DNA from: Lytechinus pictus | Lineage: Eukaryota | NCBI RefSeq assembly: GCF_037042905.1 | Contig: NW_026974140.1 | Span: 16,120,001 to 16,184,000 of the forward strand | Length of the DNA stretch: 64,000 nt | Direction of reading: 5' to 3' | Part shown: piece by piece, positions 40,601 to 55,600 of the stretch | How the letters are laid out: each line of letters opens with the position of its first letter | Position numbering within the stretch: position 1 is the stretch's first letter | The notes under the pieces: model-generated | What the model was told of the DNA's origin: nothing | Seen by the model: only the letters and a program-made list of their open reading frames with translations | Databases searched by the model: none | Translations under genes and position numbers: made by a program

Positions 40601-43600
40601 GCCAAACCATGTCACCATTCTACCCTTCAGATGGGGGCAGTGATTTTTGTTTGACGAGTCTATGATATTTACTTATTTTGGTTGATGTTTTTACGTTGGT
40701 GTTGATGATGTTTTTACTATTCTTAGTTTTCTTTCAACTTCACCTTCTCCGTCTTATTCCCCTTTTCCTTCTTCTTGTTCTTCATTCCTCCTNNNNNNNN
40801 NNNNNNNNNNNNNNNNNNNNNNNNNNNNNNNNNNNNNNNNNNNNNNNNNNNNNNNNNNNNNNNNNNNNNNNNNNNNNNNNNNNNNNNNNNNNNNNNNNNN
40901 NNNNNNNNNNNNNNNNNNNNNNNNNNNNNNNNNNNNNNNNNNNNNNNNNNNNNNNNNNNNNNNNNNNNNNNNNNNNNNNNNNNNNNNNNNNNNNNNNNNN
41001 NNNNNNNNNNNNNNNNNNNNNNNNNNNNTGTAACATACCCTTGGTTATTTGTGTCATTACAATGATTTGACTATAATTATGTTAAGCCAGTTCATTGGTT
41101 AGTTATAGTTTTGTATGTATTTTTATTGGTATTAATTTTTATTCTCAAAATAATGGGACAATGCAAGAAGCCCTTGTCGGACATTATCTACCATCTTAGT
41201 GAAATGCAAGCCAATGAACACATACATGACATATAGCTCCAGAATGATCGAACTTTGTTCCAAATATACCCCTCCCGATGCCCCTGGGCTAAAATAGAAC
41301 GAACAACAATAACATCCCAGCAACAGTTGCTTTACAGTTGACATGTTGTGTATTGAAATCATCTCAGAATAGAAACGTATAACGACAGAGGTTAAAAAGC
41401 TATAAGAGTTAAAAGAAAATATACTTCTATTCCTGGATATTTTGTGGTGCCTCTGTCGCCAAGCTGTTGCTTACGATAAAATGCATTTGGCGGAAATGTA
41501 GAAAGACGAGACGATAAGATAGAAGAGGTCCTCTGAAGGGGAAAAGCACACCAGTCCATGGGTAGGCCCACTGGCGGATCCGGGGGGGGGGGGGGGTGGC
41601 AAAGCTGGTTCGTGCCCCCCCCCCCCATTTTGAGAGGTAAAATTAGAATTTGTAATGTAAAAATGCCGTTAAAACGGAAGTGTGCCCCCCTTTTAAAGTG
41701 AAGACCTTCTTTTTTATTTTGCTTGTAAAATTTTTTCGTGGACGAAATGTCCTTATATTTTTTGTTGAAAACCTTTTTTTTTGTTTTGCTTGTCATTTTG
41801 TTTTCCTCGGGAAAATGTGCCCCCTTTTTGGAAAATCCTGGATCCGCCCCTGGGTAGGCCTACCCCTCCTCGGTGTCAATGGAAATATGTTGTAACTTGA
41901 AGAAGGTCTACATCTAAATTACATCCTTTTGTAAACCATGAGAAGTTTCAATAGTTGCATTTTGGTATCGAAAATTAATTATGCGTTTAATTCAACTCAG
42001 AAATCAAACTTGTTTGGAATTAGATATATTCAGGCAGAGAATGTCAGATTAAACGAAATCGTTGATAACCGCTATTAATAATCCTTTTCTTTGCCGTGAA
42101 ACGATTTTACCTTTCTTTTCCCTCCATTTTGATCTTTATTTGAATGGCATATTTTAATCTTGATATTTGTCCTCGAAGTGATATTTAGGAAAGATGACAT
42201 TGGGATCTTCTATTTGGCAGAATGTATTAGCTTGCCAAATTAAAGATATAGGTCTTAAGGGGGAAAAAAATCAAGGATATATACAGGACAATTAGAAAGG
42301 GGTGCAATACAAACTAAAGGTGACGTCACTTTCGTTCTCAAAATGAATAACGGAGTACTAACCAGGCCTCTCTTTTTGTATACTTCTTTCTTCTTCGCTC
42401 CCTTTTCTTCCTATTTAATTTCTTTTCTCCTCTGATTCCTTATTCACGCATTAGTGAGGTAAAACAATTGAAAGAAAAGATACCAAAAAGTCATTTTCTG
42501 AGGGGGAAGGGGTATCTGAATTTCAAACAAAAAATATCACATGTCCAAAAAGTACAATATCTGATCTTTACTTTGATACCTCAATCACAGAAAATGGTAA
42601 AGAAATAAGAAAGTTCTGTTTCTTTGAAATAAGGCTTGTATTTTACATAATTTCATTTAAAAAATATGTTATCCCAGATTCCCTATTGTACCTGTAGCAC
42701 AGTTAACAAAAGACTTTGTGCATGGCTGATCGTCAACAAAACGGATAGCTAATTAAGTGCGACAGCTAGCCTGTAAAACGTTTACATTTTATAAAATTGT
42801 TAAAATTCAAGCATTATTTTAAATGAACAGAACTCTGTTATTTCTGGACTTTTTTCTGTGATTGAGGTAGCAATTTAAAGAACAGATATTGTACTTTAAG
42901 ATATGTGATTTTCTTTTTGAAAGACAAATTACTTCTTGTTATCCTTTCTACAGAGTGTTTTACTCACGCTCGCGTGAATAGAGATTCTTGTGAGTGATAC
43001 CAGGTAAAATACTAAATTTTAAGTTTTACAATAATATGTGATTTGTCTGTTGTATTTGTGATAACTCGTGTTTAAATCGTCGACAATTTTCGTTTTCTTT
43101 TTTTTTCTGGGACGCACTGTATAGTCAAGCGTTGGTGCGAGCGTTGGTGATCCGAGCATTGGTCCATATCTGTCATCATGTGCATTAAGTTCACCGAGTT
43201 AATTATCTGACAGACTAAAATAAGGAGAAGTGACCATGAAGGCGTTTAATCAACATTTAACAACTTACAAGTTGTCAGATCTAACTATTTTCCTTCTTTT
43301 TATTGGTTGAGAAGCGCAGGTGTCTTGCTGTTACTATGGTAACTGTGGGTAATGACTAGTCAGTGCTGATGAATTTCATAAACAGTTTCCTGGAATTGTA
43401 GACCAACACTTTCTTTCTATACTTTTTAAATGATGACGATGATGATGGTGTTGCTGTTGTTATTGATGATGATGATGATGATGGTGGTGATAATGATGAT
43501 GGTGGTGATGGTGATGCTGTTGATGATGCTGATGATGATGACGACGACGACAACGACGACGACAATGATGATATGTATTCAGAAACAGAACTGAAACATG

Positions 43601-46600
43601 ATTATGATTATCTCTATCCATTAATCTCTTGCTAATTCTTGCTTTTACTTATTTCCTTGATAATCATCCAGGTTTTACCTCACTTTGTGAGAGACATACA
43701 AAGCTCAATCTTGGAGTTGATATCCTGACCAAAACCCTCAATGACTATCTAGGTCTCATCGAGAATGCTATCCTCAAGAACGGTGGCGATGTCGTCGAGT
43801 TTGCAGGTAAGAAAACGTTCGTAACCTTGTCCTAATAATGTTCCTTCTTAAATAAAACATGGGGGTGGGTCGTGTGGCTATATGAGTGCTAGTGATTGCA
43901 TAAAGACTGTAGGTTACTAATTTTTATACGATAAAGTTGTTCATGTCAACTTTACCGAAGTGCAGCGGATAAAAAAACAAGGACCATATTCAACATTTTT
44001 AAATATGATATTTAATCAATTAATTAATTAATTAGATTATGAACAGCTCAGTGATTGTACTCCAAGGGGGGGGGGGCATGCAGGGGCATCCCTCAGTGTG
44101 AAATCCCTTGTACTATGAGCACATGTATCATTTGAATATAGTATTGAGAGATGTATGATTTGAACTTTAACATCAGTGATGTTTATTGGTATTAAACTAA
44201 TGATGCCCATCACTCGAATGCTGCACGCGAAATAATACTAAGTGTAATATTAGAGAATTGTATCAATTAAAAATGAAAACAGTTCCGAGCACGTCCTGTT
44301 GACATTTTAAAGCGAGTGTTTGTTCTCGAAAAGAAAAATCACGATTGGTTGTTTATCTGACTGTTCTACAAGGATGTTATGGAAAGCATTATAATAGATC
44401 ACATAACAGTCGTGTTTCAAAACGAACACATCTAAACCATCAAAATAAAGAGTGCAAATGTTTACATTATAATAGGCCTACATCATCATTCTTAAGGTCT
44501 ATCAATGTAATTCTTTGTAGGCGTGTCTGCAATAAATTGGTCATTTGTGAAATATTTTTCGAATTATTTTATTGATTAGTTCTAATCACTTTGTGTTTAA
44601 GGCGTGCCTAGAAGATAAGTTATAAATGCTGTTATCTCTTTAGTTATTATTGTAGCTCCTGTAGACTGTATAAATTTAGTTTAATGTATTTCATTGTAAA
44701 GCGCTCAGAGAATCAAGTAATTATTATTATGCGCTTAGTAAAACTAACATTTTTATTATTACTAATTATTAACAAAATATTTTAATATTCAATTATTTCC
44801 TAAAATTCACAATGTCATTATTAATTATTTTGTGTGTAATTCATAATTTTGCCACATTGGCTTGCTCATATTTTGCTATAATTACTAGCAATGTATTGTT
44901 ATTGCTTTATTTTGTACTTATTATTTTTTTAAATTAATTTTAGAAGGCACAAATATCAATCAAGAAACGATGAAAGTAAAAGTATGTGTAAACTGTAATC
45001 ATTATTGTAAGCTATGTGAGTTAGTGATAAAAAAGACAATTATTTTGGTAAAACTGAAAAGGTCGAAGTCTATTTAGATTTGGATCATTAATATTGTTGG
45101 CGAACAACCAGAACAGGCTTATATATTAGACAACGTGGAACAAACGCATATTATGTTGATATTTTAAATATTGAGGCAAGAATGGCAAAGGATTTTATTG
45201 TAACAAGACACAACGTCAAATAAAATGAATAAAGGGGAATTCCCATTGCATTTTGTGTCTCGTTATATCGGAAAAAGGATTATCGGCTTTCATGTCATTA
45301 CGTCTATTTGTACATTTTCTGTTTGAAAACATGTCCTTGTACTTTTTTTTTTCTAAAGGAAGATCTTATCTTCTTCTTATCAGTTATTAGTATAGCAAGT
45401 CCCTTATTATCATTCTGTGCAAATTGTACAAATCTATTCATTTTGTTTTGATGATGATTGGCATAATGCCTTGCCTGCCTACCTGTTTATATCTCGACAT
45501 AGTAATGACCAATTAAGGACTCATTATTGGTTGGAAAAGTTCATGGGGTATGGTAGATATGTGATGATCCTAATAATATTTCTTGATATAAGAGCGTCTT
45601 TTGTATGTATTCAGATTATGTTGTCAAACTAATGTAAATGTCAAATAAAAGTCATTTAACTGATCAAATTAGCGTGATGCATGACAGTTCCTACATCAGA
45701 AGAGGGAGAGAAGTAGAGAATGGGGAAGAAAGAGAGGGAGAGACACACACACACACATAGAGAGAGAGAGAGGGAGAGAGAGTGGTGGTAAGATAAGGGG
45801 ACAAGATAGAAGAGAAGACATTGATAAAAAAAAACAAGAATATGACTATTGACATGCAAATAATTTTATGACTATTTTGAAATTATTACATTTCCATTAG
45901 ACTTCATTATGCTTGCATACATGCATTGCAAGACATGAGTCTTTGAGGAAAGGTCATTTTTACAGTGGATATTACTATACTGGCAGGTGTTTTACCAAAA
46001 GAAGATGCACGTTTGAAAGAACCAATTTCGTATTTCATGGCCCTAAAAGAATTGTACGGCTATATTGTAGCATAACGAGGTGATGTGTAGAATTATAATT
46101 ATCATCGTTCACCTTCTTTTATCCTCACTCCCTTTCTTTCTTTCTTTCACTCTCTCTCTCTCTCTCTCTCTCGCTTTCCTCCCTGTCACCCCCCTCTCTA
46201 CCCCACTCTCTCTATCTCCCTCCTCAACATTTACCTTTCATTCTTACAGGTGATGCCTTACTGGTAGTATGGGATGTTGATTTATATGGCCAGAGAGCGG
46301 CCATGGCTCGTGCTATACGATGTGCAAGACAGATACAGAGGAAATGCCATGATTGGACAACAGACTCGGGCATCTCATTGGCCCTCAAGATAGGTAAGGG
46401 TAGCGTTTCATGAATAGTCTGTGATTTTTGATTGGCCAAGAGAAAATACGTCTGTGAAAATCACTCACAAAACTCTTCATGAAAATAATGATCCAATTAT
46501 TAGTCTTAAATCGATGCTAAATCAAAACCTTTGTATGACCTTTCATTTTATGATGTGTGCTTTCATTATTTTTCTATCTAAATGTCAATGGTAATGGAAA

Positions 46601-49600
46601 TCGAATAAAAAATTCAGGTTATAAAGTTTAATCTGAATCCTCAATAGTTCAGGCACGCCGTTGACCTCCTTATAAATCCGATTATGATATCAATTAAGGA
46701 AATTTACGATTTTGTTATCTGAAATTGATATACATTTGAAATAGAATATCAAAGGCGTAGATCATTGTGGGTGTTTCCCCCAGATGAAAATGAAAGCAAA
46801 AATTTTCAATTAACAAATTTATAAATTTACATACCAAAATCTCAAACTCGATGCTAAATTCTTTTTATACCTCTATGTTATATATCTGTCAAACATTTGG
46901 ATCCACCAAGTATACGATCTATCGAGAATAACTAATCCTAATGTTTACTTTTTTGGTACACTTTGGAAATTAAAAACGTTACATAAATTATACTTCGGAT
47001 AAAAAGCAGATCTCCAACATATTCTTTGTGGTAACACCTAGCTGTGTAATTATACAAAATTAACTTAGGAATGGCGTTACCTCTGCGTTAATCGCTTTAC
47101 CATGCATGGCGGCGCCCATTTCATTTGAGGATCGGAATAATGTTTTGAAGGGGGGGGGGACTTTTCCTTCACCAATCTCAATACTCGCACATCATTAATC
47201 ATTATCTCTTTTTCTGTAATGTGTTTCCTGCTTGTTTATCTATACACTTCCCATCTTATTTTTCTTTCCTCTTCCGCACAGCTCTGGCAGTAGGTCAAAG
47301 TTTCATCACTTACGTTGGATGTCGCTCGTGTCGTCATTACAGCACTAGTGGGCCAGCCGTGAATGAAGCTAATAGAACAGAGAAGAGATGTAGTAGAGGA
47401 AGTATAGTCCTAAGTCAGCAAGCATGGGAGGCCTGTCCCGACAGAACAGCTATGAGTGTGGAAGAATTACCCGAAGGAGAAATAAAAGTATGATGATTTC
47501 ATGTCCACAGAGGGTCTTTTTCAAAATTGTTATGAATATTAAGTTGTACGAATACTTACTCACCCCCATCAAACCGAAGAAAATCGTATAGCATTCTTTT
47601 AAAATGTTTAAAACATTTTAAGTAGACTATACTTTTCTCCCTTTGTTTTTATTGTTATGAATGATAATCCCACCGCGGTCTATAGCGTCCTCTGGCAAGG
47701 CGTTAATCCACACTTTGTCACTCTCGACCCAGGTGCTAAATGGGTACCCGGTAGGATGCGAAAGATAATGTATGTTTGAATTTTTTCCAGCGCCATAATG
47801 AGGAATGCTCCCCAGGGAGTGGAAATTGTGCACTTTTCGTGCTGGATTGAAATGAATCCAATGACCGGGTAATAATATGCTGTAACGCGCTTTGAGCCAA
47901 TCTGGGAAAAGCGCTTTATAAAAAAAATTGGATATTATTATAACGCTTTTAATAAACATGAAAAAAAATAGTTTTATTTTCAAACGATGTTGGGACTACA
48001 ATGAAACCTATCTTTTTAATAAAAAAAAACACGATAATGTAATGTATAGCCTGTTAACGTATACGCATAATGGGAAATGATTATCACGATCTGTAAAACA
48101 CTTTATATTTATTTTTTGATTAAAATAATTTGCAATTTTGAGATGGGTTTGTCTAAATAACTAATTTATTAGTGAATATCTATTTGTGCAACCTAAAATA
48201 TACCTCGAGTTTGACGAACATGAATCAAAATTTTTCCAAATTATTGTTTAAAATTGACTATTTTTTAGAATGCATATTCACCAACACATTGATGATTTTG
48301 ATCATGCTTTCTTATTATAGGGGCATTTCAAATTTATAATTGTTTTGATTTCATTTCCCAGCTTTTGTCTGTCGAGAAAGAATGGGCTGAAACAGAACTT
48401 GATCCAGGTATATATGTATTATTATTTTTTATATTGTATATAAAGATTTATTCTCGATTTTGATTTGCTATTCCTACCATAAAATTTGCTATTTTTGGCA
48501 ATTTATACAAAGAAATGATCTTTCGTAATTTCCTTGCGATTCGAAAATTATTAAAGGAAGGTGGAGGGGGGAGGTTAAAAACCGTCTTTGGAAATTCAAT
48601 TCCCAAATTCACTTAAAATATACTATCCTTCAATAAGTTCAATGTCAATTAAAGAATTTTCGAAAATGTCTCCGTATTCAATTTGATCTCTTCGTTCCCT
48701 CACTTCATTATGTTTTTATACAATTCATTAATTTTGCCCCCCCAGAAATTTCCTGCGTACAGTCGTTTGTAGCATTATATTTATCTGCATGATTATTATG
48801 CCAACTTTGCATCAAAATCAAATTTATATATCACCTATTTATGAAAACGTAGCATCGTACTTTTTCTCAGAAACATCGAGGTAAAATTTTTAACTTAATA
48901 AGTGACGTCAACACGATCCATTTGCAAAACAATAAATAGTTATAGGAATGAACTTTTGTACTTTTAGACTATATAGGTTCGGTTTTCTTTTCTCTATTTT
49001 AGTCCGAAAAGATTTTCAGACGCTCCATGATGCCTTGAAACAGGGACAGGTAATGAACTTATTCCTCTTTTAAACACTTTCTATATCCCTTCTCCGAAAA
49101 CATCAGCTTCTGCTCAATTTATTTCCAATATACCCTAATCGATTGAAACGCGTTTTATTGATACAAATTTCTCCGCCCCTAATGAAGCGAGATGTCTTCT
49201 TTGAATTGCCGATATATTGGATCCCTCTGGTAAATGTATCGACCAAAATCTCATTGAAATAATGTACTTTTTATGAAATAACTGTATGTTCACGATTTAT
49301 ACAGAAAAACACACAAAATTATGGCATGTTTATCAAATTAGGATGTTACATTTTTAATGTTAAAACAGAAGAACGATCGATTTTAGAAATCGTGATTCAG
49401 CTTATGATATTTTGCTTATTATGTTATGTCAAATCTTTCTCTTGGCTTACAATACCGATATGTCAGTTTAGCCTACAATCTTGGTTTAGGGAGTGGTTTT
49501 ACGAAGAGCTGTGAAATTAATAACGGGGCCAAGAATTGATAAAGAAAATATACCTCAGTTTATATTAGATCCATAAGATTTACATCATTCTCATTTCTTT

Positions 49601-52600
49601 ATTCATCTTTTTGGACATAATTCACATATTTTTCAACTCGGATCATTATACACCACGTACCTACAAAAGATACCCTTTTTCGGAATTCTACGAATCAATG
49701 ACGTATATGATAGGAAACGGCATGAATTTAACGGTATTGTTGTTATGCAATTTCCAACGGACAGTTCTCATATTCAGCAAGCTTTATTTAAATAATTCTT
49801 CATAGATGCTTTACATTCTAGAAGACGTTATCGTGTATGATGTTATTTTGATCGTAATATTTTTCTATAGAAACTAGAGCGTGAGCCTCGGATTCGGAAG
49901 ATTAATTTCAAATCTGTTCATCGATCCAAGATGCGTCCCTTCATTGCACCTCCAGTTCTTAGCAAGGTATATTAATATCCTAAAATGATAATCATTGGAA
50001 GGAGATTCGGGGTGAGATGAAAGAAAGAAACACAAAAAGAGGAAGGGTGTGTGTGTTAAAGAAGTAAATAGGAAGGAGAACAAGAGAGAGAGAGAGAGAG
50101 CTTAATTAAATAAATTCATTTTTTGTACACTTATACAAGTCTTGACTATGAATTTTATCCATCATAATATGAAAAAAATATTGTATGGAATGAAGACGCC
50201 CGCTTTGCTTCAGACTTAATTGAAAAAAATTGAGTTAATGCTATATTGCTATCTTCAGTAGATATTAAGTTATTATGAGCGATCTTTTTAATTGTATTCA
50301 ATCATAAAATCGCCTGGGCCTTATCAAAATTTCTTTTAAAAAGTTTAAAGCAAATGAAGACTCCTTATTTATTCTTAATAATATTGCAAGGACAGATTAT
50401 TTTTTTTGACAATATTTCGCAAGATGTGAGATCACTTTTGACCCGACGAGACTGTTATCAATTTTCTGGTATTTTAGTTATGGAACATCATGCTTTTCAC
50501 TTTCAGTTTGATGAGAACCAGTCTCTTGACTACCTATGTGAGATGCGTGAAGTGACAGTCGTGTTCATCAATCTTCACATGGACTCTGCGCATGACCATT
50601 CTACGTGTCTACAATCAGTATATGATAAGATACATACATCAGTATCACAGTTTCAAGGTACATACGAGTCTATTCATGCCATGTATCATTGTATGTCTGT
50701 CTCTCTTCCGCATCTCCTTTTTATGTCTTTCAACTACGTTCCTTATAAATATGCACAACGTTCAAGTAAACGCACAGTTCTCTCATTTGCCTATACATCT
50801 CTCTCTGACCTTTCCATCTTTTGATTGTTCCCTCCTATTCTCTTATTCTCGTTCTTCTTCTTAGCATTGTTATCATAATAATCATCATAACCATCATCAT
50901 CATCATTCTCATCATCATCATCATCATCATCCTCATTATTATTGTTATTGCCGTAATTATTTTTATTGTTCTCATAATTGTGATAATCATTATTATCTTT
51001 TTTATTCTTATGGTGATGATGATGAGTATTATAAATCCATTATTATTTTTTAGAATTATCTTGGATTTTGTTATTATCATTCCTCATCATTCATAATCAT
51101 CATGGTCATCATTATATTCTCTCTTTTTTATTTCAGTGCTTTCATCTTAGTTGCTTTCATATAAACTAGAGATGTTCTTTTTATGAATACAATGAATAGA
51201 AATTGTTTCCGTTTGTTTATCTTTCCAGGAATGATCAACAAGATCTTTGAGTTTGACAAGGTTAGTAAAAAACATTCAAAATTTCAGAAGTCACATTTTT
51301 ATTAATAATTCGGAACGCAAAATGACAGAAATAAGCCAATTAGATTATAAAACACAAAAAATAATGTCGTCTCAGAAGGATCAGTTCTCTTGCTCATAAA
51401 TGCTGAAAGTTATCATTTACTATCATGAAGGTAAAGCATAAATTCCAAACGTGTAAATTGTGTTTGAATCTACTACTTTCTTTATTACAGTATATTCAGT
51501 CCACAAGTCTTCTTATCCATGTTATCACTCTCATATCGATGCTTGCCTCTAAGTCCCTTGATAATGTTCATATCAGGCACCTTCTCGCCTTGTAAACACT
51601 CTCTCCATGACTCTTGGCAAATAAAGTCACTCTACATCACAGTCTGGCCTTGCCTTGGCTATCACTTTCACCAACCTCTATACACAACCAACATAAAGAC
51701 ATTCTATTCTTAAATGACGACCAAAATTAGAAATTCGATTTATTGAAATGTGATTTATCGGTGCAAACGTGCTTGCTTTCATCGCGAGCACGGCTACACG
51801 CGACCAATCGTTTGCTCCGAACTCGACCTAAATTATAAGAAGCGCCATTTCAGGTCTGAGTGTATTCGGAGGGTAGATTGAGTGAAAGCGAGATAGAAAA
51901 ATTGGCAAGATGTGGTAAGCTATGACGTCAATTGACAATACCCAATCTCAAGATCCCGAGATCCATATTGCTTGAATATGTCTCCGTCTTTTTATTAAAA
52001 GCGGGGATTTAACAAAAATTCCCCAACCGTCATCTGGATGAAATAGATAAACACTAAAAAGCGCGCGGAAATAAAGTACAGCCAATCTTAATATAGATTC
52101 TCGTCTGCGCCGTGTCTTTTTTATTAAGCTCTCACAATAAGGATTTATTTTTGTCAGGTTGATGGATGTAGTGGAGGCACTTTTCTGTATTTCTTTCAGG
52201 GTACGAGTTTCTTGGTATTATTTGGTCTACCAGGGTTTAAACACGAACATGAAGCTTGCCATGCTGTTCAATGTGCAGGTCAAATCAAAGATGTTGTCAG
52301 TTCAATGATTGAAGTCAAGTAAGTTGACCGTCGTATCATCAGTCTTTCTTCCCCCTCCTCCTATATCATATTATTTCTATCCCTACTGCTCTCTGTAACA
52401 TACATAGCATATACATTGTGGGATGCTGTTTAAATCATAATTTTTCAAAACTCACAAGAAAAGGTTTCCCTGAATCTTTGGTTCTCGTAATTAATGAAAC
52501 AATGAGTCAACTCGTGTTATAAACGGTACGTAGAACACAAAAATACAAGGACGGATAAAACTCCCTCAACAGTAGCCCCCCGTAAAAATAAAATTATCCT

Positions 52601-55600
52601 GAATCCACCATTTATCTTTATGAAAGTGTTGTTTGCAATATCATTACCATTTCGAACATAATTTCAAACTCCACGTTAGATGGGTTGAAGTGATGAAAAC
52701 GAAAAATAAATATAGAAACATGAAAAGACAAAATTTATCAAAGATGTTTTTGTATGTGCTAAAAATAAAATTTATCATTCTTTTTGCTGTTTTAATTTGC
52801 CTCTTTTCTAACAGGCAAATCTCTATAGGTGTAACTACTGGTAAAGTGTTCTGTGGAGTCGTGGGCCACAATGAAAGACACGAATATACAGGTGAGTGGG
52901 ACAGAGGTTCAATACTTTAGGAAGCAACCTAGAGTTAGATTAAGTAAAGTCATCATGGACACGGGATGGTCGCGTACTGATACTGGACAGACAAAATAGG
53001 AAACATCTAATAAAAAACAAACATTGACCTTGATACTCTTAAAGTGTGAAAGAATATATCTCCTGGTTGCAACTTCGGCTATGAATGAAATTTATTTTGA
53101 ACTGAATCTGAACTTGAAATAATGTTCTACTTGTATTCATTTTTTTTTAATGTAGTTTTGTTGTTAAAGTTTCTCTTTATTAATGTATTGTAGTATATGT
53201 CCTCCTTTAGTGAAGACCCAGTCGAATATCTGTAAACAATATCATGTTGAATACTGTGTAACTTGCAATGCCTCAACAGATGTATGTATATGCTTCCTTG
53301 AAAAATTTGTTTCTTATTATGATAAAAACTTTTTAGTAAAATATAATTCGCATAAAAAACATGGAATTCTTAAGAAGCCTTGGATGACAACAAAAGTCTT
53401 AAAAATAGTTAATAAAAAGAACAGAATGTATAAATTATATTGTAAACATCCTTCAAATAAAAATAAAATGAACTATAATAGATGTCGAAATAGTGTAAAA
53501 AATACATAAAAGAAGTCAAAAGATCTTATTGTTTCAATGATTTCAATAAACATAAAGGTAACATGAGAAAAACTTGGAATGTTATTCAAAATATTCTTGG
53601 TAAATTTAAAAACAAAACACCTGCTAGTTTCAGTGTAAATGGGCATGATATATGTGATAATAAAGATATTTCTAATTCTTTTAATAACTTTTTCATAAAT
53701 ATCGGCCCATCTATGTCTAATAATACTGCTCCAGCTGAAGGTAGTGAACTTTATCAGTCGTTTTTACCAACTCCATGTGTAAATACATTGTACTTTAAGC
53801 CTGTTACCGAAAATGAATTGATTAATATTGTGAGTAAAATTAAGAAGAGTAAAAGCACTGGTGTTGATAATATAAGCTCTATTGTTGTAAAGAAAGTCAT
53901 ATTTTACATTGTAAAACCCTTACTTTATATTTTCAATCTTTCTCTTTCAACTGGGGTAGTTCCTACAAAACTTAAAATAGCAAAAGTAATTCCAGTGTAT
54001 AAGAAAGGAGACAATCGAAATATATTGAATTACAGACCTATTTCTATTCTACCAATATTCTCAAAGATATTAGAAAAGATTGTATTTACACGTGTTAATG
54101 ATTTTCTTGATAAAAATGCAATTTTAAGTTCATGTCAATATGGATTTATGAAAAATAGATCAACTGAAATGGCATTAATTGATTTGCATAATTATTTGAT
54201 TTCCTGTATTGCAGAAAAAAATCACACAATAGGAGTATTTTTAGATTTAAGCAAGGCTTTCGACACAATTGATTATAGTATAATGCTTTATAAACTGAAA
54301 AATTATGGATTTCGTGGTCTTATTCTAAACTGGTTTGAGAATTATTTAACAAACAGAAGTCAAATGGTATTTTTTAATGATGTTAATTCAAGATCAATGA
54401 AAATTCTATGTGGAGTACCACAAGGTTCAATTCTAGGTCCGCTTCTTTTTCTACTTTATATAAATGATCTCTCCAACTGTTCATCTCTTCTCAAATTTGT
54501 ACTTTTTGCCGATGATACAAATATTTTGATTAGTCACCATAATATTATAAATTTACAGCTTAAATGTATCTAAATGGTTTAATTCAAATAAACTATCTAT
54601 AAATGTAGAAAAATCTGTATACATGTATTTCAACAACTCTAAAAATAACAGTCATGTGGATAATCTGCTAGTTCAGATCAATGGACTTGATATAAACCAT
54701 GTTACTTCTACCAAGTTTTTAGGCGTGATCATTGATCAAAATTTGACTTGGGATAGCCAAATTCTTGCCGTAACTAAAAGGACTTCAAAAAATATTGGTA
54801 TCATCGGCAAACTACGTTTTCTCTTACCTAGGAATATTCTTATTTTGCTGTATAATACACTTGTCTTGCCTTATTTAAGTTATGGAAACATTGTCTGGGG
54901 AAATACATATCCATCAAAGTTAGACAAACTTCTAAAACTACAAAAGAGAGTAGTTAGATACTGTACTTTATCTGATTTTCATGCCCACTCTAAACCTTTG
55001 TTTCTCAAATTGAATGTACTTGATATATATAAGCTTAATAAATTTCTAATAGGATTAATCCTCTTCAGATATGTAAACACATCTTTACCTGAAAATATTC
55101 AATTATTATTATCATTCAATAATGAGATCCATAATTACAATACTCGTCATAAAGAGAAATTTCATATATTCAGATGTACTAAAACATTTGTTTCATTTAC
55201 TTTTAAACATACTGCACCCCTATTTGGAACGCACTTCCTCAAGAGATACGTCAAACTAGTAATTTCAATGGTTATAAAAGAAGATTAAAGTCATATCTGT
55301 TAAAGTTAACACATACCTAATCCCTATTTATATACTTTTTCATACGATGATAATTCAACTTTTCACTCCCTCTTCACTTCACTTTATGTTTATTTTGTAA
55401 AATTCCTTATTTTTGTATTGTTTTTTATAATTATTTACCTTAAACTATCCATTGCAACAATGTTTAATTCCAGTTTGGGACACAGCCTTGACAAGTTCAA
55501 GTCCCTTTTTGAACTTTTGCAGTGACCCATTTCCATTTGATTTTTTTCTGTATATGTGAAATCAATACCATTTCTGTGTTTGTATAAATTGTATTGTATC

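Noticed and set aside
40678-41070. ORFs containing X runs (also 20821-21096)
   Set aside because: Artefacts of reading through N gaps.
50821-51096. Hydrophobic poly-Ile/Met ORFs (also 17661-17937, 29254-29615) and the poly-Ser ORF at 43356-43565
   Set aside because: Translations of trinucleotide microsatellites.
53563-54573. 336-aa reverse transcriptase ORF as a domesticated gene or retron-like system
   Set aside because: Flanked by out-of-frame continuation pieces and a LINE 3' tail; an ordinary truncated retrotransposon.
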